A DNA stretch of 64,000 bases. It comes from an uncultured Acidimicrobiia bacterium. Lineage in GTDB: Bacteria; Actinomycetota; Acidimicrobiia; IMCC26256; JAENVU01. The translations under genes and the position numbers were made by a program. This document shows positions 20,508 to 30,539 of this stretch, one piece after another; positions within the stretch are counted from its first letter, which is position 1, and the number at the start of each line of letters is the position of its first letter. The DNA lies in NCBI GenBank assembly GCA_963819945.1, contig CAWFYD010000005.1, positions 18,374-82,373 on the forward strand, written 5' to 3'. The notes below the pieces were generated by a model. It had not been told where the DNA came from. It saw nothing but the letters and a program-made list of their open reading frames with translations, and did not search any database.

Positions 20508-22355
20508 ATGGCGCAGGCTGCGAGTCGACGTCGCCAACGGCGACGGGTGCTGGTCACGCCGGTCGAGCGTGACCCGTTCCGCGTCGCGTTCGACCACGCG
20601 CCGGTCGGCATCGCGATCCACGATCCGGTCGGCGAGATCGTGGCGGTCAACCCGGCGATGTGCCGCTTGCTCGGACGGGACCAGGTGGACCTCGCCGGGT
20701 TCCTCGAGGTGGTGCACCCCGATGAGCGGGTCAGCCTGCACCGCCGCCTGCGCTCGCTCATCGCGGGCGAGGCGCCGGATGTCGTTGCCGAACATCGCTT
20801 GATCCACGCGGACGGGACCCGGCTGAGCGTGCGCGTGCACGTCACCGCCACCTCGGACCGCACCGGCGTCGATCACATCGCTGGTCACCCACGCGGTGGA
20901 TGTCACCGAGCAGCTCGCGCAGACCCGCGAGCTCCTGCATCAGACGCTGCACGACGCGTTGACCGGCTTGCCGAACCGGACGCTGCTCGTCGACCGGCTC
21001 GGCCATGCGTTGAGCCGGGCCGAACGCGTCGACGACATGAGCGTCGCGCTCCTGTTCCTCGATCTGGACCACTTCAAGCTCGTCAATGACTCGCTCGGCC
21101 ACGCGTGCGGCGACGCGATCCTCGTGGAGGCGGCGGCTCGGCTGCGCGCCACGGTGCGGCCTTCGGACACCGTCGCCCGTTTCGGTGGCGACGAGTTCGT
21201 CGTGTGCTGCGAAGACGTGCGCAGCGGCACCGAGACGATCAGCATGGCGGAGCGAATCCTGCGCGCGATGCGCGAGCCGTTCACGACCTCGGGCCAGGAC
21301 CTCCGCCTCTCGACGAGCATCGGCATCGCGCTCGCCACTCGCCCCGACGACACGCCCGAAGCCCTGCTCCGCGACGCGGACACGGCGTTGTACGTGGCGA
21401 AGGGCGGCGGGCGGAACCGCTACGAGATCTACGACGACGGGATTCGCAGCCAGCTGCTCGCGCGCGTCGAGACCGCGGCCGAGCTGCGGCGGGCGGTCGA
21501 AGGCCGGCGAGCTCTGCCTGCACTTCCAGCCCACGTTCTCGCTGGACGACCACACGCATCGTCGCGATGGAGGCGCTCGCTCCGTTGGCACCATCCCGAC
21601 GCGGGGTCTGCTGCGGCCCGGATGACTTCCTCGCCGATCGCCGAGCAGATGAGCCTCGACGTGCGCATCGGCGACTGGGTGCTGCGCGAGGCCGCGACGC
21701 AGGCCCGGGCCTGGCGCGACCTCGACGCCGCAGCGCACTCCTCCGGTCTGGGTCAACCTCTCGGCCCACCAGCTCACCGAGCCCGGGCTCCCGACGCGGG
21801 TCGCCGCGGTGCTCGCCGAGCTCGAGCTTCCCGCGAGCGCGTTGGGCTTCGACGTGCGCGAGGCAGTGCTCACCGAGGTGGAGCGCACGCCCGGTGCGCA
21901 CGACGTGCTCGCCGGGCCTCTCCGCGCTCGGTTGCCGGATCGCGATCGACGACTTCGGCACCGCGTACTCGTCACTGCGAGCGCTCGGTCGCTATCACGT
22001 CGACACCCTCAAGATCGATCGAGCGCTGGTGAGCGGACTGCCCGACAACAGAACGGACGCCGCGCTGGTCGAGCACGTCGTCTCGCTCGGCCGGCTGCTC
22101 GACGTGACGGTCAGCGCCGAGGGCGTCGAGACCGACGCTCAGCTGCGCGCGCTGCGAAACGTCCACTGCTCGGCGGCGGCCGGCTTCCTCCTCGCCCCAC
22201 CGGCTGCCGCCGACGCGGCAACTCATCTGCTCCACCCCGGCGCTCGGCTGACAGACTGGCGGCCATGGGGATCGTCCGGTACTCGATCGGCGAGGCAACG
22301 TTGGTGCGGGTTCCGTATGCGGATGTGCTCGTCGACGCCGAGGTGCTCGGGCTGA
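20508..22355 (+). pseudogene. PAS-GGDEF-EAL signalling protein (c-di-GMP turnover), multiple frame switches; 3' end uncertain
   Basis: PAS-like FRVAFDHAPVGIAIHD (ORF 20367..); LTGLPNRTLL...ARFGGDEFVV (ORF 20896..); EAL part VAMEAL..., IAIDDFGTAYSSLRALGRYHVDTLKIDRAL...AEGVETDAQL (ORF 21105..22355). Confidence 0.75.
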
Positions 22356-23114
22356 CCCCGGAGGACATCACCGCGGTCGAGTGGTCGGTCCCCACGTGGG
22401 CCGAGGGTGTGCAGGCCCGAGCGGGCGCCGCGGTGTGGATCATCGAGTCGGACGGGCGGCGCATCGTCGTCGACCCGGCCCAAGCCGCCGACGACATCCT
22501 GCGCGCGGACGGACGCGGCGTTCCACCAGGAGGCCGTCGCGGCGGCGCTCGCCGACGCCGGGTATCCGCGCGAGTCCATCGACACCGTGATCGCGACGCA
22601 CATCGACGGCATCGGCATGATCGCCTGGCGCACCGACGACGGTTGGGCGCCGTTCTTCCCGAACGCCGACTTCCTCGTGTCGCGCCGCGAGCGCGATGCG
22701 ATCATCGAGGCGGGCGACGTACCAGCCGTCCGGCGCCGAGGCGTTCCTCGCGCTGTACGAGCAGGGCGTGGTGAGCACCGTGGACGACGAGCACGTCGTG
22801 ACCTCCAACGTGACGACGGAGTGGACGGGTGCCCACTCGCCCGGACACCATGGTCGTGCACACGATGGCGGGTGACGACACCGCCACGATGATCGGACAC
22901 CTGGCGCTCAGCCCGCTGCACCTCGAGGTTGACGCGCACCGGCCCGCACATCGACGCGGCCGCCGCGGATGCCGCGCTCCAGGCTCTCGGTGACGGCCGC
23001 CTGATCATCGGGCCCTTGTGGCCCACCCCCGGCGCCGTCCGCTGGACCACCGCGGGCGGGTCGCGAGTAACACCACCCGATACTCCCGGGAGCGCTAGCG
23101 TCCGACGCAACTGA
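22265..23114 (+). pseudogene. MBL-fold metallo-hydrolase (tentative), about four frame switches
   Basis: MGIVRYSIGEATLVRVPYADV...AAVWIIESDGRRIVVDP (ORF 21809..), VIATHIDGIGMIAW (ORF 22407..), TGAHSPGH and GHLALSPLHL in other frames, C-terminus in ORF 22929..23114. Confidence 0.5.
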
Positions 23115-23146
23115 GATTCGCGAGCAGGCCAAAGTGCGGGGGAAGC

Positions 23147-23702
23147 GTGAAGCAGAGTTCGGGCGATCGCCAGGTGTTCGGCATCGGCACCTTCATCTTC
23201 TCGTTGTTCGCACTGATCTTCGCCTTCATCGCGGTCGTGCTGGCCGGTCAGGCAATTTCGAGAAGCGACGACGCCAAGGACTCGGTCAACAAGCTGGTCG
23301 CCGGCGGCCTCCTCGGCGACCAGGTCAACGTGCGGCTCCAGGAGTACTCGATGGTGGCCCGCCCGACCGCAGTGAAGGCGGGCGACGTCCGGTTCAACAT
23401 CCAGAACAACGGGACCATGACGCACGAGATGGTGCTCGTGCGTGCCCCGAGTGCGGCTGCGCTGCCCAAGGTGACCGACCCCAGCTCCGAGCGAGCCCTC
23501 GGCGACGTCGACGAAGAGGCAATTCCCGGAGCAGGACAAGCCGGGCGAGGCGGAGGTGAAGAAGGGGGCGACGGTGACGAAGACCATCGAACTCACCCCC
23601 GGCACGTACGTCATGTTCTGCAACATCGACACGAAGCTGCCGGACGGGACGATCCTCAACCACTTCCAGCGAGGCATGAGCGCCGTCATCACCGCCGGCT
23701 GA
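23147..23702 (+). pseudogene. Membrane-anchored cupredoxin-like (type-1 copper-like) protein, one frame switch near 23525
   Basis: GTG 23147; TM helix IGTFIFSLFALIFAFIAVVLAG; FNIQNNGTMTHEMVLV (ORF 23147..). Own translation of the shifted frame gives ELTPGTYVMFCNIDTKLPDGTILNHFQRGMSAVITAG, ending at TGA 23700-23702. Candidate His/Cys/His/Met ligands. Confidence 0.5.
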
Positions 23703-23754
23703 CCAGCCTGCGGGCATTGAGCTCCCGGGCTCGTGAGCTCCGCGCTCCTGCCGG

Positions 23755-24423
23755 CTACTCCGGAGCGTCGGACTCGATGGGTGCGGGTGCGGGCGCGGGT
23801 CGGCGGCGGGTGCGGAGGAGCACTGCGCCGATTGCCACCCCGGCGGCTCCGGTCAACGCGAGCTTGGCCAGCGGTGCGCCCGTGTAGGCGAAGGGGCTCG
23901 TCGACGCGGCGGCCGTACTCGGCACACCGGTCGCCGCGAGCGCGCTCGAAGCAGGTGCTCCGATCGTCGAGCCCCCCGACGTGACATCGCCGCCGTTCGA
24001 ACCACCGGGCGTACCGGGAGGGTCGACCGTGGGGTTCGCGGGTGCGCACACGAGCTGCTCACTGACGCCGGGCGTGCGAAGGTCAACGCTCGCGCTCGTC
24101 GCGAACAGCTGCGCGTAGGTCGCGGTGTCGACCGCGCACGCAACTTCGACGCCACACTTGCAACCGGGATGCGCTCGTCCGGCTTCGGCGGCGGCTCGCG
24201 TCGCGAATCGCTTGTTCGCCGCGTGCTTGACGCACGCGTGACAGCCACCACAGGTGCGCGAACCGCCGTTCGCGACGCAGGTCGGATCGCCGGCACCCCA
24301 GTTCGGGTTCAGCCGGTAGACCGTGCGCGTGTCGGCGCGGGCCTGCGCCGTCATCGGGCCGACGAGAATCCCGACCCCGATGGCGGTGCCGAGAAACGCG
24401 CGACGAGACAGGTGCTGCGGCAT
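23755..24423 (-). CDS. Tat-signal, Cys-rich secreted protein with C-terminal LAxTG-type sorting signal
   Basis: ATG 24423 with GGAGGGA 7 nt upstream. MPQHLSRRAFLGTAIGVGILVGPMTAQA twin-arginine signal. C-x8-C-x2-C-x2-C...HPGCKC cluster (8 Cys). C-terminus LALTG + AAGVAIGAVLL + RTRRR. Uninterrupted. Confidence 0.7.
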   Translation of the reverse strand: MPQHLSRRAFLGTAIGVGILVGPMTAQARADTRTVYRLNPNWGAGDPTCVANGGSRTCGGCHACVKHAANKRFATRAAAEAGRAHPGCKCGVEVACAVDTATYAQLFATSASVDLRTPGVSEQLVCAPANPTVDPPGTPGGSNGGDVTSGGSTIGAPASSALAATGVPSTAAASTSPFAYTGAPLAKLALTGAAGVAIGAVLLRTRRRPAPAPAPIESDAPE

Positions 24424-24486
24424 GGTGGTTCCCTCCGGGAGGGGTCCCGGTTCCGGGAACCACACCGCCCGTCACCAGCTCTTGAC

Positions 24487-24634
24487 GATCCCCCGAGGGG
24501 AATCGCCTCAGCCTGGCCCGTGACAGGGGCTCTCAACGGCCGCCCGAGGGAGACCTCAAGCCCAAGTTCGTGACCTGCCCCGACGACCCCCGAGAGGGAC
24601 CGCCGCAACCTGGCTCGTAGACGATGTGGTATCC
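24487..24634. repeat. Three degenerate tandem ~46-52 nt units (CCCCGAG(R)GGGA...CCTGGC(Y)CGT(R)GAC)
   Basis: Read directly. Units start near 24487, 24539 and 24585; units 1 and 3 match at about 80% over ~36 nt. Lies in the 271-nt gap upstream of the Tat/LAxTG gene. Confidence 0.6.
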
Positions 24635-24695
24635 GCAACCGGGACACGATGACCTGGTGATCATGACCCGGATGAAGAGATAACCGGTGGATACC
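24628..24695 (-). terminator. Long imperfect stem-loop abutting the VOC gene stop codon
   Basis: GGTATCC(gca)ACCGG at 24628-24642 pairs with CCGGTGGATACC at 24684-24695 (12 bp, 3-nt bulge). An inner CCGGG/CCCGG alternative exists. The function as a terminator is inferred only. Confidence 0.35.
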
Positions 24696-25100
24696 TACAC
24701 AGAATTCGGAAAGAACTGCACCTCCACTGCGAGTGGCAGGCGGTAGCGGAAGCGGAACGAGCGGTACCCGTCAGCGGCGGAGTTCAACGGTTCGAGGTTC
24801 ACGTCGCGTGACTCTGCATCGAGACCGGCCCAGAGCGTGTCGGCTTCCTCCGGCGAGCGGACGAGCAGTCCGAAGTGCTCGTAGCCGTGGCACACCATCG
24901 TGTCGCGGCGCTCACGGATGTTGACGTACGTGCCGCGCCCGACGTCGAGCGTGAGCCGATCCGGGAGACGTAACTGCCTCCATCTCACTCCAACCGAAGT
25001 AGTCGCCGTAGAAGCCGAGGAGCTCGGTGCGGTACTCGTCGGTCAGCGTGCCTTCGGCCACGCTCATCGCGACGTGACTCAGACCATTCGACATCACCAT
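24695..25100 (-). pseudogene. VOC (glyoxalase/bleomycin-resistance/dioxygenase) family protein, one frame switch near 24985
   Basis: MVMSNGLSHVAMSVAEGTLTDEYRTELLGFYGDYFGWSEME (frame of ORF 24912..25346) joins LPDRLTLDVGRGTYVNIRERRDTMVCHGYEHFGLLV... (ORF 24695..24988). Confidence 0.6.
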
Positions 25101-25120
25101 GACCGCCTCCGAAGCGTGGA

Positions 25121-25986
25121 CTAGAACCGACCGCCGAGCTTCTTCAATCGCTGCAACGCGGCCTCGAGTCGCGGCGGATCGGGATGCGGACCGAACGGAG
25201 TTCGGCCGACGAACTGGATGGAGTCGGGTGCGCCGAGTCTCCACATCCTTGACCACGAGGTCGGCCAGCGCGAGCTGCCCCGCCCGGGGCCCTTCCAGCA
25301 GCACGACACCGACGGTCCACACCTTCGGTGCGTTGCCATTGATCAAGAAGACGCCCAGCCGAGCGTGCCGCGCCAGCTCGCGCGTCGAGGTCGTCGATCT
25401 CGAGGTCCGTCAGCCCGCTCTGCGCGTACTCGACCATTCCTTCGTAGCCACGGCCGTCTGGTCCGGTAGTGGATTCAGCCGTGGTCCGGAGCGGCCGCAT
25501 CGTCGGCGGACGCGGAAACTCGCGCTCCCCGTCAGCCGTTGTGACCACAACCGGCCCACCCGAGGACGGAACTTCGACCAGGAACGCGTTGTTCTCGAGG
25601 ACTGCTTCAATGCCGTCCACGCGCACCGCGATGACCGAATCAGCGACGATCCCATACGCGAAGCAACGCCCGTTGCCGCCGGAGCTCCACGCCGGCTTCG
25701 CGCCGTGCGACGCCAGGACAGACCGCGGTCCGCCACTCCCACCGCCACCCGACGAGTGCCAGAAGAACTGGTAGAGCTCGTCTTCATCCACACCGCGACC
25801 GATGTAGACGCGGCGGCCGTCGACGGCGAGCGCGAGCCGGATCGAGTCCATATCCAAACGATCGTGGAGCATCGGTGCCTGGTGATCCGGCACGCCGTCC
25901 GTCGGCGGCGCGCGGCCGATCCAACACCGATACCCGCAGCTCCACCGGACGATCTGCTTCCCGCACGCCGAAATGGTCGCGCCCAC
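25121..25986 (-). pseudogene. Hypothetical protein (no family recognised), about two frame switches
   Basis: ORF 25144..25986 (GTG start; SACGKQIVRWSCGYRCW, ...LYQFFWHSSGGGGSGG..., GIVADSVIAVRVDGIEAVLENNAFLVEV). C-terminal pieces in ORFs 24912..25346 (INGNAPKVWTVGVVLLEGP) and 25121..25339 (...EAALQRLKKLGGRF). Confidence 0.45.
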
Positions 25987-26013
25987 GAGGGTGCCTGACC
26001 ACTGAATTCCGGT

Positions 26014-26956
26014 TCAGATGATGGTGAAGTAGCAGGTGAGCTCGGGCAATCCGAGATCCTGGCGGAGCCGGTCGAGGTCGTCACTGCTCGCGAACCGGTC
26101 CCGGCGGGACTGCTTGACCGTGGCGTCGAACTCGTCGTCATCTTGCGCGTTGATGGCACGCCCGACCCTCTCCAAGGTCGAGTCGTACTTCGCCCGATCC
26201 TCGAGGAAGCGCTGCCGGTCGATCGCCGCCACACCCTTGAGGTCGATTCCGGAGAGCTGGCGGGCGAAGTCGCGATCCACGCGCAGCAGGAACACGATCG
26301 AGTTGACATCGGTCCGGCCGGGAATGGTGCGGTAGTAGTACTCGAGATCCTGCAGGCCGAGATGGAGTCCGATCAGCGCGTTGGCGACCTGCTGCGTCGA
26401 TCGATCTTGTGCAGGGCTCGTGGCGACCCCGCAGAATGGCGCGTGCCGGATGGACGGGACTTCGACTCCAAGGACGTGCGGCATGCCGTCGAGCGCGCCG
26501 GCCCCGGCCAGCACGTCACCCCGCGTCAGCGACCGGCCGGTTGCGGTCAACGTGATGGTGCGGCTGACCAGCGACGAGCTCACCTCGAACGGAAGTCCCG
26601 AGGCGCGGATCACCTTGCCCGCGGCGCGCCAGGCCCGGTCGAACGAGCTCGCAGGGAGCTTCGGGTCGGTGTACGCGATGACGCTGGCCTGATCCGACGC
26701 GACGATCGGGAACGGCTTCGATGCATTCTGCGACGCCACGAGCATGGTCGGCGTCCCTTTGGATGCTCCGACCGATCGCAGCGCCCCCGATGATCACGAC
26801 GATGCAGACTGCCGCGACCGCCGGACCGAGCCAGCGGGGCGTCTTCCCGCGCGGTCGCTCCGGCGGGGCGACGACCGACGAGAAGAGCGGTGACCCTGCG
26901 TCGGGCGCGCCGGCAACCGTCGCTACTGACCCGCGGGGATCGACCGGATCGTTCAC
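26014..26956 (-). pseudogene. Hypothetical membrane-anchored protein (no family recognised), one frame switch near 26750
   Basis: ORF 26516..26956 N-terminus with TM helix (WLGPAVAAVCIVVIIGGAAIG) joins the uninterrupted 243-aa ORF 26014..26745. Confidence 0.5.
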
Positions 26957-27141
26957 AAGACACCCACCCTTCGGTACCTGTCATCGGCACCGCGGGCGAG
27001 TGGTTGAACCTCAATGTGAACCGGTTACGCCCGCCGACGCCGTGCCGTCGACTCGTTCCTCGTTTCGGGCGCGTAGCCGTCGCTATGGCGACACGTACGC
27101 CGCCCCGAAAGGTATCTCGCCGCGACTGGTCCGGGCGGGAG

Positions 27142-28043
27142 CTACAGGGTCTTGGCGAGGGTGTCGGCGTGGTGGTCGATGGAGCCGAAGTGGGTGTCGA
27201 GGACCCAGGCGCGCTTGAGGTAGAGGTGCACGTCGACCTCCCAGGTGAAGCCCATGCCGCCGAACACCTGCGTCGCCGACTTCCCGTTCGTGATCGCGGC
27301 TTCGTTCGCCAGCAGCTTGGCGCCGCTCACCGACCGGACGAGATCGCCGGTGCGACGGGTCGTCGAGCACGCACGCCGCCGCGTACACCGCGGCCCGCGC
27401 GACCTCGGCCCGCACCACCATGTCCGCGCACAGGTGCTTCACCGCCTGGAACGAGCCGATCGGGCGGTTGAACTGCTCCCGCTCCTTCGCGTAGGCCACC
27501 GCGAGGTCGACCAGCGCGTCGGCCATCCCGACGCAGAACGCGGCGGTCAGCAACGCGCCTTCGCGTCCGCAGCGTGGCCAGCGCGTCGACGTGGCCGACG
27601 TGGGTCAGCGGCGGCAGCTCCACCGGCGTCACGGGGGTCAGCGGGTCGAGCGGCCAGTCGGCCGCCGACCCGGTCAGCGTCGACGGGTCGATGATCGCGA
27701 TGCCCGTGTCGTCGAGCACCACGAGCGCTTCGAGCGCGTCGAGGTGCTCGACGTAGCGCGTCCCGCCGACGGTGAGGTCCAGACCGCCGGTGATCGCGTC
27801 GCGGCCGAAGCTCCAGACCAGCGGCCCGGGGACCAGCGCGCGACCGAGCTCCTCGTAGACGATCGCCGCGTCGGCCCAGCCGAACCCGTCGGCCCGCAGC
27901 GAGAAGACGCCGGCTTCCTTCAGGTCGTCGTAGGTGGAGCGGTCGAAGCCCTCGCGCACCCGGCTCATCGGGAACTTGCCCTCGAGCAGGCTGCGGATGC
28001 CGTCGCGGAGCGCGACCTGGTCTTCGGAGAGGTCGAAGTTCAC
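27142..28043 (-). pseudogene. Acyl-CoA dehydrogenase family protein (short, partner-type subunit), two frame switches
   Basis: MNFDLSEDQVALRDGIRSLLEGKF (ORF 27327..28043), LLTAAFCVGMADALVDLAVAYAKEREQFNRPIGSFQAVKH (ORF 27083..27553), GGMGFTWEVDVHLYLKRAW (ORF 27142..27330). ATGA-type overlap with the upstream ACAD. Confidence 0.7.
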
Positions 28044-29185
28044 TTGGGCGTCGGCTCCTTCGGCAGCCCCAGCACGCGCTCCCCCAGGATGTTGCGCTGG
28101 ATCTGCGAGGTCCCCGCGGCGATCGTGAGCGCGAGCGTGCGCAACCGCTCCTCCACGAACTCCCCCTTGCCGTCGACGACGAGCCCGTCGCGTTCGAGCA
28201 CCCGCAGCGACAGCTCACCGAGCCGCTGCCGGGTCTCGGAGTACGCGAGCTTCATCATGAACGCGCCACGCCCGGGCGTGCCGCGCGAGGACTGCGTCAC
28301 GTTGCGCTTCGTCAACGCCCACTGCGCGTCGAGCTCCGCGGCGACGTGGCCGAGCTCGCGGCGGTGCGCCGGATCCTTCACGAGCGGTGCGAGATCCTCG
28401 ACGAGCCGCATCGCATCGACGAGCTCGCTCACGAACGCGGTGCCGCGCTCGAACGACAGCGTGACGTTGGTGACCCGCCACCCGTCGTTCTCCTCGCCGA
28501 CCCGGCACGACACCGGGACGCGCACCTCGTCGAGGAACAGCTCGGCGAACTCCGAGGATCCGAGCACCGTCTTCAGCGGCCGCACCTCGATGCCGGGCAG
28601 GTCCATCGGCAGCATGAGCCAGCTGATGCCGGCGTGCTTCTTCACGTCGGGATCGGTGCGGACGAGCAGCTCGCCGAAGTCGCCGATCTGGCCGAACGAG
28701 CACCAGATCTTCTGGCCGGTCACGACGTAGTGATCGCCGTCGCGCACCGCGCGGGTGCGCAGCGACGCGAGGTCCGATCCCGCGCCCGGCTCGGAGAAGC
28801 CCTGGCACCACACCTCGTCGCCGCGCAGGATCTTGGGCAGGTGGTCGCGCTTCTGCTCGTCGGTGCCCTCGGCCACGATCGTCGGCCCCGCGTGCAGGAG
28901 CCCGACGAAGTTGACGCCCACGTACGGCGCCCGGGCCCGGGTCGTCTCCTCGAGGAAGATCAGCTGCTGGCTCGACGGCAGGTCCTGACCGCCGTACTCC
29001 TTCGGCCAGTTGAGGCCCGCGTACCCGTGGTCGAACAGCCGGCGCTGCCAGTCCGTGTCCCAGGCCCGGCGGGCGATCCAGTCGTCCCGGGCCGGCTGCG
29101 GCGCCAGGTCGGGAAGCTCGGACGCGAGCCACGTGCGGAGGTCGGCGCGGAAGGCCTCGTCGGCTTCGGAGTATCGGAGATCCAT
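28040..29185 (-). CDS. Acyl-CoA dehydrogenase family protein
   Basis: Uninterrupted 381-aa ORF: ...WCQGFSEPGAGSDLASL...GQKIWCSFG...TIAAGTSQIQRNILGERVLGLP. Confidence 0.85.
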   Translation of the reverse strand: MDLRYSEADEAFRADLRTWLASELPDLAPQPARDDWIARRAWDTDWQRRLFDHGYAGLNWPKEYGGQDLPSSQQLIFLEETTRARAPYVGVNFVGLLHAGPTIVAEGTDEQKRDHLPKILRGDEVWCQGFSEPGAGSDLASLRTRAVRDGDHYVVTGQKIWCSFGQIGDFGELLVRTDPDVKKHAGISWLMLPMDLPGIEVRPLKTVLGSSEFAELFLDEVRVPVSCRVGEENDGWRVTNVTLSFERGTAFVSELVDAMRLVEDLAPLVKDPAHRRELGHVAAELDAQWALTKRNVTQSSRGTPGRGAFMMKLAYSETRQRLGELSLRVLERDGLVVDGKGEFVEERLRTLALTIAAGTSQIQRNILGERVLGLPKEPTPK

Positions 29186-29207
29186 GCGGTGGCGGAGTCT
29201 ACGGGCC

Positions 29208-29228
29208 GACCTGACGACCCCTCAGATC
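29208..29228. promoter_or_regulatory. Operator-like palindrome GACCTGACGACCCCTCAGATC (class A, degenerate)
   Basis: 17 of 21 positions identical to 34882-34902. Lies 23 nt upstream of the ACAD operon start (29185). Confidence 0.3.
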
Positions 29229-29276
29229 CGGCGTTCCCGCGCTCGAATCGCGGCCGGGCCGGTCCACAATGACGGC

Positions 29277-30511
29277 GTGCAGGGCCCAGGCAGGCGACTC
29301 GCGGTCATCACGTTCGCCGCCGCCCTCATCGCGCTGACTCTCGCCGGCTGCGGCTGGATCCGAATGAGCCCGCGGGTGCTGGGACGAGGGCCGACCAGCG
29401 CGGTCGACGGCTTCGCACAGTTCACGGTGCCGCTGAGCTCCCGACAAATGCCGGCCATCGTGGCCGCCGGGCACTTCATCGTCGTCTACGGCGGGTACGT
29501 GTACGACGCGTCCAACCCGAAGAACAAGGTCCGGCCGCTCGGCGACGGCGCGGTGTACGACGTAACGAAGGGTGAGTGGACCGCCTTGCCGGCTTCGCCG
29601 TTCGAGTACCCGCTCTACCAGTCGTCGGGCGCATGGGACGGAAGCGAGGTCGTCATCACCGGCACGCCGTGCACCGGAACACCCGGAGAGGATTCCGAAG
29701 GCGACTACGCCTCGTGCGAGCCCGGTGGACAAGCGATCGGCGCCTACTCACCCACGAAGCGCATCTGGCGAACGATCAAGGTTCCCCCGGGCCTCACCGC
29801 TGACTACGGCGGGCGGATCACGCCGATACAGCTCCGCGCCTTCGGGTACGCGAACGGGCACGTCATCTTGGACGCGTCAATCTCTGTCCTTCAGCCACGC
29901 CGCCTGCTGCTCGCTCGACCCGAACACCGGTGCCTCGAAGTTGCTCACCGTGCCCGACGCCGGCATCGACTCGGTCTGCGTCACCGGACAGAAGCTGATC
30001 GCCGCGCATACCGGCGATGCCAATCCCGGCCCGATCCTCACCTTCGAGCTGGACTCCGCGCCTGAATTGGAAGCAGTTGCCGAATGCAATGCGATCGGCG
30101 GTCGCTCCCGCACTGTTCGTCGGTCAGCCGAACTGCGCCGCCGGTCAGCTGGTCTACTTCCCGATCCTCCAACCGCCGGTCGGCTTGGACGCCGGTGCGC
30201 TCTGGTACCTCCCCGACCGAGCAACGGTGGGAACCGCTCCCCCGCTTCGGATCGCTCGGCTTCCCGAATCTCGCACCGTCGAGCTTGCGTGGAACCCGCG
30301 CGCTCTGGAACAGCGGAGGAGACGAGATGTACCTCCTGCCCGCCGGCGCGACTGCGTGGATTCGGGTCAAGCATCCGCCAAGCTTCGGTGGCAGTACTCG
30401 AGCCAGCTCGACAACGCAATCCTGATGCATGACTGGGACGAGCGACCGCCCGCGGGAATCACGCTGACGCTGTTCGACCCGAACGCGTTCCTTCCGAAAC
30501 CGCCGGGCTGA
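29277..30511 (+). pseudogene. Putative lipoprotein (possible Kelch/beta-propeller-like repeats), about five frame switches
   Basis: GTG 29277; lipobox ALTLAGCG; AGHFIVVYGGYVYD...GAVYDVTKGEWTALP (ORF 29010..30065). Later pieces in ORFs 29572.., 30017.. and 30084... Confidence 0.5.
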
Positions 30512-30539
30512 CTCGCGCCTGGTCGGTAGGGTTCGGCGC

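Noticed and set aside
24487-24634. Tandem units upstream of the Tat/LAxTG gene as a CRISPR array.
   Set aside because: There are only three degenerate units and they are contiguous, with no unique spacers between conserved repeats. No cas genes are in the window.
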